A stretch of 64,000 nucleotides of DNA from the IMG/VR virus record IMGVR_UViG_3300021091_000012; one strand, written 5' to 3'. The notes beneath the pieces were generated by a model. That model worked only from the letters and a program-made list of their open reading frames with translations, did not search any database and was not told the origin of the DNA. Both the position numbers and the translations under genes were made by a program. Below are positions 27,546 to 36,319 of the stretch, piece after piece; positions within the stretch are counted from its first letter, which is position 1; the number at the start of each line of letters is the position of its first letter. The stretch comes from a virus.

Positions 27546-27914
27546 CTATTTAATTTTCTTTTTATTTGTCTTTGTCTGCTTAGACTCGTACACAACATTA
27601 ACTCCTAGACTTTTTAATCTTCTCTCTAATTCATTTTGTTCTTCTATATCTCCAAATTTTATATATCTTATAACTTGCTTAAAGGTTTGAAAGCCTAGTT
27701 TTGGAAGTAAGTGAATATTATTAAGTACAGCATGCAATATTTCCTTTACTCCGTATGAAGACATCTTTAATTCATAAACTGTTTCATTAGAGTGGAGTGC
27801 ACCTAAGTACTTTCTCAGCGCCTCTTTGTTTCCGTCTGTACATCCTACTTTCTTTCCTGTATCCTTTTTATACACACAGTACTGATCTCCTTGTTTTTTT
27901 ACTGAATATGGCAT
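27546..27914 (-). CDS. Hypothetical protein
   Basis: Likely start MPYSVKKQGDQYCVYKKDTGKKVGCT at 27914 rather than 27986. Confidence 0.55.
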   Translation of the reverse strand: MPYSVKKQGDQYCVYKKDTGKKVGCTDGNKEALRKYLGALHSNETVYELKMSSYGVKEILHAVLNNIHLLPKLGFQTFKQVIRYIKFGDIEEQNELERRLKSLGVNVVYESKQTKTNKKKIK

Positions 27915-27979
27915 TAGATGCTTCCTTTTTTGATACTCTCTTTTAACCAGTTGTTGAGACGGTTTGTTGATTCTACATA

Positions 27980-28432
27980 TCACCACTTTCTACATGACCA
28001 GTATCTTGCTTTTGTTCTTGGTCCTGGGTTATCGCAATTATGTCGAGCTCTAAATGATCTTCGTCGAGCTGGATCACTCTTTTTAATGCTCATTCCCTTT
28101 TGTCCAAAGTTTACTTTAACTACGTTTCCTGCAGGATTCTTGACGTATACTTTAAACTTCTTCACATCACCTTGCATTGGTTTGCCCAACTTAACAGTGC
28201 GTCCTTGATATTCAGCTTCGTTTAGTTCTATGTTTCCGGCCTTAATATCTTCCATCAAAGCTAATGCACAACCGTCGCAGATAGTCACTTCGTAAACGCC
28301 CTCCTCGGCATTAATCTTCTTGGCTGCTGCTACTGTTTTTTTATAAGCCTCAGAGCCTTTTTTTGCTGGTTTTTCACCTCGAGCTCTCTTGGCTCTTATG
28401 TTTGCCCATAAACCTTCTGACTCTTCTTTCAT
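27980..28432 (-). CDS. Basic two-domain protein of a type common in T4-like phages
   Basis: GLWANIRAKR module, then LNE, then AEYQGRTVKL...RRSFRARHNC...RYWSCRKW. Confidence 0.65.
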   Translation of the reverse strand: MKEESEGLWANIRAKRARGEKPAKKGSEAYKKTVAAAKKINAEEGVYEVTICDGCALALMEDIKAGNIELNEAEYQGRTVKLGKPMQGDVKKFKVYVKNPAGNVVKVNFGQKGMSIKKSDPARRRSFRARHNCDNPGPRTKARYWSCRKW

Positions 28433-28436
28433 ATTG

Positions 28437-29039
28437 TTATGGCGTTGGTACTAATACACCACCAATAGTAGCTGCATTTCTGGACAGCTCTGTTAATTGG
28501 TCTTCGTTTAGTTTAAGTTTCTTTTTTGTAAAGTCAATACCTATTACACCTACCAATTTGTCGTCCATAGTTTTAATTGCAAAAAAGTAGCTAGACTTAC
28601 AATTATACTCATCGGCAATATACTTTAATCCGTAGGTTGCTATAGATTCGTCTTTATAGTCTGATATTAATATTTCATCGTTTTCTAATAGAAAATTAAT
28701 AGGCTTGCTAAAAAGCGTTACTGGAATATTTTGGAAGCTATTCTGCATTGAGGTAGTTCCACTTGATACAGCTTCATATGTCATACTAAACTTAGCGATA
28801 CTTTTACCAGTTGGATAGAAATTACCGCCATTGTGAAATTGAATAAGCCACACTCGATCTGCATGAATTTGTTCTCGAATGTGATCAAGTTTAGCAGTTA
28901 CACGCTCGCTCACATGGAGTGTGTCTAACATCATATCTCCTTTTTTTCTTTTGTCTTGATAATCTTTCAGTATTAAGACTATAACTGGTCCAATAACACC
29001 AGTGATAAATGCTACTAAAATAGGTACTGTCATGCTCAT
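28437..29039 (-). CDS. Single-TM GAF-domain protein (T-holin-like architecture)
   Basis: N-terminal TM, then ADRVWLIQFHNG...SSYFFAI...VGVIGIDF, a GAF-like pattern. Confidence 0.6.
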   Translation of the reverse strand: MSMTVPILVAFITGVIGPVIVLILKDYQDKRKKGDMMLDTLHVSERVTAKLDHIREQIHADRVWLIQFHNGGNFYPTGKSIAKFSMTYEAVSSGTTSMQNSFQNIPVTLFSKPINFLLENDEILISDYKDESIATYGLKYIADEYNCKSSYFFAIKTMDDKLVGVIGIDFTKKKLKLNEDQLTELSRNAATIGGVLVPTP

Positions 29040-29539
29040 CTCTTGCTCTTATAGTCTTCGACTTTAGTTTTTAATTGATTAAGTTCATCGTCTACAACAG
29101 ATTGGATAAAATCTCTACCAGCGTCCTTCCACCGCTCTACCATCCCTTTTTCAGTAACATGCGATTGTGTCACAGATTCGTCAACATACTCTTTTAATGC
29201 TGACTCCACATCTTTTACAAATGCATTTGCGTTTGCTGTAATTTTAGTTGTTTCGTATTCTTTCCACTTTCCTGCCTTTATGATCTCGTGTTCCATGTCG
29301 ATTACACACTGAAAGCAGGTTTTGTGAATTGTCCACATTTTTGCATCTAAGTGATGTTTCATAGCGTTTCCACATCTTGGACAGCATAGTGGTGTTAGCA
29401 TGTCCTTACGTGCTTCGTCCATCTTAGTAAAAGTACGTTTAATGCCATTTTTAATTGTCCAAGTTTTTCCTGACTCTGACCATACATCACCCTCTTTGTA
29501 GGTTTTTTTAAAATTTCCCGTTGTAACAAATAAACTCAT
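29036..29539 (-). CDS. Putative zinc-binding protein
   Basis: CPRC...HKTCFQC. Confidence 0.6.
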   Translation of the reverse strand: MSLFVTTGNFKKTYKEGDVWSESGKTWTIKNGIKRTFTKMDEARKDMLTPLCCPRCGNAMKHHLDAKMWTIHKTCFQCVIDMEHEIIKAGKWKEYETTKITANANAFVKDVESALKEYVDESVTQSHVTEKGMVERWKDAGRDFIQSVVDDELNQLKTKVEDYKSKR

Positions 29540-29865
29540 CTTGATTGTAACTTATATTTTTGTAAAATTAATTCTACGTGTTTGTCAAATTTACGTATTG
29601 CTCTACGTAATTCTAGTCGTGCTGCTTCTGAAATCTTATCACTCTCGTCACTATCAGCAACACCTCTATAGTATTCCTTTCCTCCAGTAGACGATACACT
29701 GATTTTAAAACTGAACTCAGGACTACCTCCCTCCCCAACTTCTACAAAGTCAGAATCATAGTGTAGTGTCATGTTTGTATGTTCAGAAGTCGCAATGGCT
29801 TCTTTCTTTTCGAGAAGTGCTTGCTTGATTGCAGCCTCTTGTAGTTGTTTGTATAAATCTTTCAT
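29536..29865 (-). CDS. Hypothetical protein
   Basis: 109 aa with ATGA overlaps on both sides; LQE/LLE leader. Confidence 0.6.
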   Translation of the reverse strand: MKDLYKQLQEAAIKQALLEKKEAIATSEHTNMTLHYDSDFVEVGEGGSPEFSFKISVSSTGGKEYYRGVADSDESDKISEAARLELRRAIRKFDKHVELILQKYKLQSR

Positions 29866-32087
29866 CGTTGAAATTTTAGATATCCAATGATCTGGTTGAT
29901 TGGAGCGAATGCGCCAGTTAGTTTATATATTTTTTTGTTGTACTTAAACACGACTCCTTCCAAAGGAACAATAGCCTTAAAGCCTCCTAAGTCTTGTAAT
30001 CGTTGTAATTCTCGTTTAAGAAACTTCAAACCCTTATCGTCGTCTTGCATTTCTGGTGATGCCGCTGCTGCATGAATACCCTTTATAGTGTATGCTAATT
30101 CGTCACGCATCTTCTGCACAGTATCATTAGGGTTTATTGATACTAGTTGTTGAATGTTTTGTAGAACGTACACTCCTAGTTTAAGGAACAAGTTTTCTAA
30201 TGGTCGCTTTGCTTCTTTTTGTTGAGCCGCGACACCATTCTTATCGAAGTAATCTACCCATCTTAAAAACTCTGCGTTTTTAATCATTCCGCGAATGTTC
30301 TTGATATTAACCTCTTTGTTTCCAAATCCCCAACGATTAATTAACTGTTGTAGTGTGTTATCATCTATAGCATATCCAAGCTCTTTAGCTTTTTGCTCGA
30401 TATAATTTTTCCACCAAGCTTGGAAGTACATAGATGTCTTATCACCCTCTTTGAGATTGTAAGTCTTACGGATAGTCTCTAATTGCTTAAGCAACTCTTC
30501 TTTTTGTTTTTTGTAATCCTTTGTCTTAGATAGTGTAATAGGATCTGTATGGCGAATTTGAAAAGTTTTTTGATCCGAGGCTTGAACCTTATCAATAGCA
30601 GCCTGAAGCTGTACCGCTCCTTTTGAATCCTCATCCGCTACATTACCATCCTGATCATATTCTTTAAATCCGTGGAGTCTTAGTTGTGTTGCTCCGTAAG
30701 GTACTACGTTTGTAGTTCCAGGAAACAGTACTTCAAAGTTTATGAATCGTTTTCCGTTTTGAAAGAATTGTTCTTTTTGTGTTGGATCCAACTTGTTAAT
30801 TGCTGACTCCATATCTCGCATAGCCTCAACAAACGCAGTTTGAACTGCCCCCTTTCCTACCATCATCTGATCTAACTGATCAGCAGTGATTGAGTTTTCG
30901 GCATAGTTTTTGAGTTGTCCTTTGTTGCGAGCTGCTCTTACTTTGCCATCCTTGTAAGTGACCATTAGATTTTGGCCATCCAACTTCTCTTGAGCAAACT
31001 CCACTTTACCACTCAAAGCCGCGTCAATCATATTACGCGCGTCGACAAATGTAAGATCCAAGTCTTCGTATGGATGAGCCATGTGTCCTGCTGCTCCTCC
31101 TTCTTTAAGGAGCTTTTTGCTTTCGGCTAAGAATGCGGATGGTATCATATGTTTTTTTAAAGCAGGTATGTTTGCTAATAGCATATAAACTACACCTCCT
31201 GGTAAAACTGCTGCTGCTGTATATCCTGTTAATTTTAAAACGTCTTTCATTTGATCTCCGATCTGTTGACGCTCTTGCACGGTTAAGCGTTTACCTGACT
31301 TAACAGAATCAACTAACTTTGCAAACGCTTGTTTAGTTTCTCGATTTTCTTGTTTTAGTTTATCTAAAAAAGCTCCAAATTTGTTTTTTAATTTTTCAAA
31401 CTGATTGCGTAGTACGTTTGGTACCTCTAATTCATCTAATGTAGATCGGGAACGGTTCTCGGCTACTTTTTTTTTTGATAAAATATCAAAAATAGACTTA
31501 ACAGTGTTGTCACTCACTCCTGGATAGTTTGTTTTGAAGTTTTCGTAGTTGTTTGCAGCTAAGTCGGCTCTCAAAACACTAGCGCTTATTCCTTGACCAT
31601 TTAAGTTATCCTTACGACCTTTGTATAATATAGGAGATACATTAATTGGTAGTTCTACAACACCAACTTCAGGTCTGTGATATTTTCCTGTTTCTGGAGC
31701 ATGACCTGCTACAAACATCTTAACCCTATCGTAATCCTTACCTTTTGAGCTAGATCCTAATGTATAAGTTCCAGGCTCTGCTGTTTCAATATACTCGTAA
31801 GCAGCTCGCATTGGATTGTCGTTTGGTGCTTGTTCCACTTTAATGTTTGATACACCTCCAAGTAACAACTTCCAAATCTCCATGGATTGTTGCATTGTTA
31901 TGCCATCGCGTTCCTTTGGTCCAATTAATATACGAACCTCGGATACATTAGGTTGTGATGCATATCGCTTTGCTAGTTCAATGTGACCTATATGTGGTGG
32001 TTTAAAACCGCCTGGAAGCATAACAATTACTCCTTGCGATAATTCGGTAAGTATTTGCTCGACTAGATAGTTAGCTAAAGTGTTCAT
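29862..32087 (-). CDS. Fusion of a HIGH-motif nucleotidyltransferase, a LETM1-like hairpin and an ATP-dependent (RNA) ligase-like domain
   Basis: GGFKPPHIGH and ISASVLR; DQMKDVLK...LPGG...IPSAF; EKLDG, NFE, EGVVF and YKL ligase motifs. Confidence 0.7.
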   Translation of the reverse strand: MNTLANYLVEQILTELSQGVIVMLPGGFKPPHIGHIELAKRYASQPNVSEVRILIGPKERDGITMQQSMEIWKLLLGGVSNIKVEQAPNDNPMRAAYEYIETAEPGTYTLGSSSKGKDYDRVKMFVAGHAPETGKYHRPEVGVVELPINVSPILYKGRKDNLNGQGISASVLRADLAANNYENFKTNYPGVSDNTVKSIFDILSKKKVAENRSRSTLDELEVPNVLRNQFEKLKNKFGAFLDKLKQENRETKQAFAKLVDSVKSGKRLTVQERQQIGDQMKDVLKLTGYTAAAVLPGGVVYMLLANIPALKKHMIPSAFLAESKKLLKEGGAAGHMAHPYEDLDLTFVDARNMIDAALSGKVEFAQEKLDGQNLMVTYKDGKVRAARNKGQLKNYAENSITADQLDQMMVGKGAVQTAFVEAMRDMESAINKLDPTQKEQFFQNGKRFINFEVLFPGTTNVVPYGATQLRLHGFKEYDQDGNVADEDSKGAVQLQAAIDKVQASDQKTFQIRHTDPITLSKTKDYKKQKEELLKQLETIRKTYNLKEGDKTSMYFQAWWKNYIEQKAKELGYAIDDNTLQQLINRWGFGNKEVNIKNIRGMIKNAEFLRWVDYFDKNGVAAQQKEAKRPLENLFLKLGVYVLQNIQQLVSINPNDTVQKMRDELAYTIKGIHAAAASPEMQDDDKGLKFLKRELQRLQDLGGFKAIVPLEGVVFKYNKKIYKLTGAFAPINQIIGYLKFQR

Positions 32088-32620
32088 TGCTTATAAATAG
32101 TGCTTGTTTTTGTGTTTCGTTTGAGTTGAGCTACTTCTATTTTTAATTTTTCCACAGTTTCTACTAGATGTACTAGCAGTTTGCCTAGTGGCTGGTCTTC
32201 CAATGCTTCGTACTTCTTTAGGATTATATCGTCAGCAATAATGTTACCATCTACAAACGCTCGATAATCTTTGTACTTAACTTCATCTAAGGATTGGCCA
32301 ACATAAATCCTTTCCATATTACGAAGTGGTATAAGCTCTCTTCGCTCTACGTCTTTAGTAACTTGGTTGTAGGAAAGGTAGTGGAGTATAAAATAAGCAG
32401 GGTCATTTTTTAAAGTTTCGTCAACAGACGGTTTTCCAATACGAAGCATGTATGGATTGTCAATATGGTTCTGCTTTATTGTTGGCATATTTTGCCCAGT
32501 CCATTGGTGGTAGATATTTTTAATCTTTATCTTACCTAAAACACTTGGATTATAGCTTGTCAATCCTTCTACTACTGGAAAAGGTATTGTGCAATTTTTT
32601 ATAGTGCTACTGTTTATCAT
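32084..32620 (-). CDS. Hypothetical protein with a C-terminal coiled coil
   Basis: Likely ATG at 32620; ends LVETVEKLKIEVAQLK, resembling the tail of fibre chaperone domains. Confidence 0.5.
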   Translation of the reverse strand: MINSSTIKNCTIPFPVVEGLTSYNPSVLGKIKIKNIYHQWTGQNMPTIKQNHIDNPYMLRIGKPSVDETLKNDPAYFILHYLSYNQVTKDVERRELIPLRNMERIYVGQSLDEVKYKDYRAFVDGNIIADDIILKKYEALEDQPLGKLLVHLVETVEKLKIEVAQLKRNTKTSTIYKQ

Positions 32621-32633
32621 ACCTATCCGTAGA

Positions 32634-34082
32634 TTATTTGAAAGCCACCGCTGGTTGGTATCCACCCCCTCCAGCTCCTGCAGATTCTGGTTTAATGAAG
32701 TTTGGATCTGTAGTAACTCCTACCTTGCAAAACTCAACATCATCAATAATACAACCAAAGTATTTGTTACTAATAGCCGATCCTGAAGCCTCGAAACACA
32801 ACTGTGCTGGATACCCATATTGTACTAGCGTGATTGAGAACTTTTCATGCAAGTACCCTGTTTGTGCATCGTAAAAGGATATCACGGGTGTAGTAGCTGT
32901 TCCGTTGAATATTTTAACTACATTTGATTCGGGAGGATACCATCCCGACTGTCCTGCTACTCTATTAGCAGGTACAGGAGCTTGGGTTTGACAGTCGCTT
33001 ATAAATACTGACAAAAAGGATCCAGTATCTGGATACATATCTCCCGTCAAGTCTCTTTTTAGAGTAAAATTTACTTGATAAATTCCACCATTCTCGGTAA
33101 AAACTTGATTTGCTCTAAAGCCAGTAAAGGTTTTTAGCCAAAAATCTTGACTCTTAGTAGTACCACTAGCGCTCACATTAGTTGGAAAGAATAAACGACG
33201 ATGTTTTAGCGATCTTCTAAATAACTCCAAGTTTCCTCCAGAAGTTGAGGTTGAATATAATGATCCCGTAACAAGAGATGATGATACTGCTTGTCTTGTG
33301 ATTGCTGCACCACCAGCTCTGTAAAATGGTTGTAAGTCGATTGAGCTAGACTCCATGTAAGCTCCTAATCCAGAAGATCCAGAAGGTCTACCTATTTGAT
33401 AGCTCATCGTTGCGTAAACTTTTGAGTTGAAGGTTGGTGGTGTTGTGTTTGGAGTCTCTGGTGTACCAACTACAACGTAGTTTGCATATGCATTTGGGGG
33501 TGGTGGAATTGGACTTCTGAATAGAGAAAAATTTCGATTTCCATCAGCTCTTGGATATATTTTCTTATCATAGGCAATCCAACTACTCGTTATGTTATAT
33601 TTTTGAGATCCCAAAGACCCAGATGCTGCTGGATAGTATTTTTCTAAAAAACTTTCCGACGTAAATGCCGCATACCAGTAGCCATTTGATGTGTTACCCG
33701 TACCAAATGTTGCCTCATTAAAACTCCAGTAGGCTGTTTGTATGTTCCAAAGAAAGTCGCTAGCTGCGGAGCCCCATGGTAAGGCTCTATAACTGGCAGT
33801 TGGGACTCCTCCCACTGATACCGCGGAACCGGTGGTGTTAAATGATCTGAATGAGTCAAGAAGACTTGCATCTTTTGGAAAATTAAAAAAAGAATGAGAT
33901 ACCCTAATTATGTGTAGAAAAGGAGAGTACGTAGACTCACTATGGTACCAGCCCAAAGTTCCGCCAGACGTCCAGTTAAATGATATATCGTTAGTAAAAG
34001 CTCCATTCTGCAATGGGGTATTAGCATATGACGTTGATGGAAAATGCTTATAATAGTATCCAAATGGTTTTGTAAAAAACAT
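32634..34082 (-). CDS. Ser/Thr-rich virion structural protein
   Basis: MFFTKPFGY start, many SGS/TGS/SSS motifs and a beta-sandwich-like C-terminus. Confidence 0.6.
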   Translation of the reverse strand: MFFTKPFGYYYKHFPSTSYANTPLQNGAFTNDISFNWTSGGTLGWYHSESTYSPFLHIIRVSHSFFNFPKDASLLDSFRSFNTTGSAVSVGGVPTASYRALPWGSAASDFLWNIQTAYWSFNEATFGTGNTSNGYWYAAFTSESFLEKYYPAASGSLGSQKYNITSSWIAYDKKIYPRADGNRNFSLFRSPIPPPPNAYANYVVVGTPETPNTTPPTFNSKVYATMSYQIGRPSGSSGLGAYMESSSIDLQPFYRAGGAAITRQAVSSSLVTGSLYSTSTSGGNLELFRRSLKHRRLFFPTNVSASGTTKSQDFWLKTFTGFRANQVFTENGGIYQVNFTLKRDLTGDMYPDTGSFLSVFISDCQTQAPVPANRVAGQSGWYPPESNVVKIFNGTATTPVISFYDAQTGYLHEKFSITLVQYGYPAQLCFEASGSAISNKYFGCIIDDVEFCKVGVTTDPNFIKPESAGAGGGGYQPAVAFK

Positions 34083-34092
34083 AAATTAAATA

Positions 34093-36300
34093 TTAATAGT
34101 ATCCGTCGCCGAGGGCAGATGGAATATTTCTGAATTCATCTATCCCACTCCAAAATCCTGCATTGTGAAATACTTCAGTTTGACATCCAATGCCTGCCAC
34201 TTCAGCTTTAACATTAACAACAATATTATCTAAATATGTAACATACTCCGATTGTCTTCCTGTAAAATCAAAGTATTCTATTTTAATATTCATTGATTGT
34301 GATACCTCAAGTGCATCCGCCAATTCTGTATTTAGTTGTACCGGAAATTGTACAAGCTGTGGTGTAAACCCGTTGAGTTGAAATGGTTTAATACTTATTT
34401 CCGATATATAGGCGCTTCCGGATGTTCCTAACGCTTCATCAACTGCTCTAGATCTAAAAATTGGTCGTCCTAAGCCGTTTCCATCAGTTTCAAAATCAAA
34501 CAGCAGTTTACTATAGTATTTTCTAATATTTTGGTTATTTACAACTTTACCTATATATTTTCCAAATCTATTACGAGCTTCACTAGTCCTTGTGCGTTCT
34601 GTGTTTGGTGACTTATTAAATGCACGTGTAAATACTACTGGTGGTGATATGTTTAAATTAAGCGGATCGCTGCCCATATAAACCTCCAACTCTGTGTGTG
34701 GATCTAGTGTACAATAAAAACCTAAAGTATATCTTTGATCCAAAGTATAGTTCTGATAGGTCTTGGTAGTAAAACATCTAGATTGTGTATAGTTTGCTTG
34801 TAGTTTGGTTGACTCTATGAGTACAGAGCTGTCTTGAGTAGAAGCTACTGAGTTAAACCCACCTAATGGATCTTCTGTTAGTGTATCCCAATAATTTTCT
34901 AGTATTGAAACTGGTATAGGTGTATCGCCAATGGTTAATGATCCAGAAGTAAAGTGTCCTATTAGGAGGTATTCGGATTCGCTCTTACCGTATGTAGTTA
35001 TGTTTGGATACGTTGCGTCCGCTAAATACTCTGGTGGTGTTATTATCTGATCGTTAAGTAGTTTATATTCTCCCGTAAGCGATTGTAATTTTACAAAAGT
35101 CTTAATTCGATAAATGTCTCCGCTAATTGGCTTTAAATCTTGAAAAGTAAACTCCAAAAACGACTGCGTAACTGTAGTACTAGTTGAATGTGCCATCTGA
35201 CTTGCGCCATAGGTTATACTCGCTGTAAACTGTGGTTGTATTTTTTTGTAGGTGAAAGTTGTTGTTGTGTTTTTGTTAATTGCGTTTAATGGTATTGCTT
35301 TAATAGTAACCGGCTTATCTATAACAATTTGAGTGTCATTAATTACTTCTACAATATTGCTTCCGTATGTGGTTAGTTGATCTGCCAAACTGCCAGATAT
35401 AGTATACAATTGGGATGGTATTACTGGTTGAAGAGATCTTGTTGTAGGACCTGTAGTGGCTGGATCAAAAAAGGAATATATACCTCCTAAAAACTCCTTA
35501 CGGAAGAATGATGATGTTGATGTTACTGTAGTTCCGAATCGACTTGTTAGGTTAAGCTTATAACCGTTTTCAATATCAGTATCAACGCTTCTTTGTGCTG
35601 TATTGACTAAGTTAGCTGTTGCTGATACTTGCTTTGGGTTGATTAGTATCTGCTGCAGTCGTGGATCTAGAATTTCATTACTTGTACTAAAGTCTCGATC
35701 ATACCCTTGAAAAAATGAATTGATAATAGTGTGTTGAGCTGTACTAGATGTAGTAATACTATATACATAACCTTCACTTCCCGTTGTTTGATTTTGTATT
35801 TTTGCTGGTATAGCTATTTGCGAAACAGAAATACGTGGAGCCTTATCGAATTGCAAGTCGGCATTGTTTCGCTCAAAGGGCAGTACCTCCACCTGTCCCG
35901 ACCATCTTACGTTGTATTTGCCCTGAAACTCTTTAGGTATTGGGTTTCCTTGTAGGTCAACTAATGCCTCACCAACAAGATACACGGTAGCCAATCCTTT
36001 AGCTACAAAATCGTATACTTCAATTGTAAGATAGTAGCTGTTAAAGCGGTCGATGTAGCTAGTAAAGTCAATATACATATTGTTTCCGTTAGCGTCTATC
36101 ATCTCGACGTCGATTGTAGAGTTGAGTCTCAGATTATCACCATTACCCTTTAACACAATAAGACTACGACCTCCTCCAATACTAGGAGGAAACGTAACCA
36201 AATTAAAATACAAAGGAGATGAGGCACTTGCATCTTCTATATAATACTGACCTGTGTTGTATTTTTTTGGTTGTGGTTTCTTGTAGACAGAAAGATACAT
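34093..36300 (-). CDS. Virion structural protein (tail/baseplate associated)
   Basis: 735 aa, beta-rich; TATTTATA 7 nt upstream. Confidence 0.6.
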   Translation of the reverse strand: MYLSVYKKPQPKKYNTGQYYIEDASASSPLYFNLVTFPPSIGGGRSLIVLKGNGDNLRLNSTIDVEMIDANGNNMYIDFTSYIDRFNSYYLTIEVYDFVAKGLATVYLVGEALVDLQGNPIPKEFQGKYNVRWSGQVEVLPFERNNADLQFDKAPRISVSQIAIPAKIQNQTTGSEGYVYSITTSSTAQHTIINSFFQGYDRDFSTSNEILDPRLQQILINPKQVSATANLVNTAQRSVDTDIENGYKLNLTSRFGTTVTSTSSFFRKEFLGGIYSFFDPATTGPTTRSLQPVIPSQLYTISGSLADQLTTYGSNIVEVINDTQIVIDKPVTIKAIPLNAINKNTTTTFTYKKIQPQFTASITYGASQMAHSTSTTVTQSFLEFTFQDLKPISGDIYRIKTFVKLQSLTGEYKLLNDQIITPPEYLADATYPNITTYGKSESEYLLIGHFTSGSLTIGDTPIPVSILENYWDTLTEDPLGGFNSVASTQDSSVLIESTKLQANYTQSRCFTTKTYQNYTLDQRYTLGFYCTLDPHTELEVYMGSDPLNLNISPPVVFTRAFNKSPNTERTRTSEARNRFGKYIGKVVNNQNIRKYYSKLLFDFETDGNGLGRPIFRSRAVDEALGTSGSAYISEISIKPFQLNGFTPQLVQFPVQLNTELADALEVSQSMNIKIEYFDFTGRQSEYVTYLDNIVVNVKAEVAGIGCQTEVFHNAGFWSGIDEFRNIPSALGDGYY

Positions 36301-36319
36301 CTTTTCTTATAAATATATC

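Noticed and set aside
27866-27982. TGA readthrough after RYWSCRKW (the frame stays open for about 36 codons)
   Set aside because: WSCRKW looks like a natural C-terminus, and the extension would overlap the next gene.
25009-29865. Small terminase subunit upstream of the large terminase
   Set aside because: No ORF showed a recognisable gp16-like pattern.
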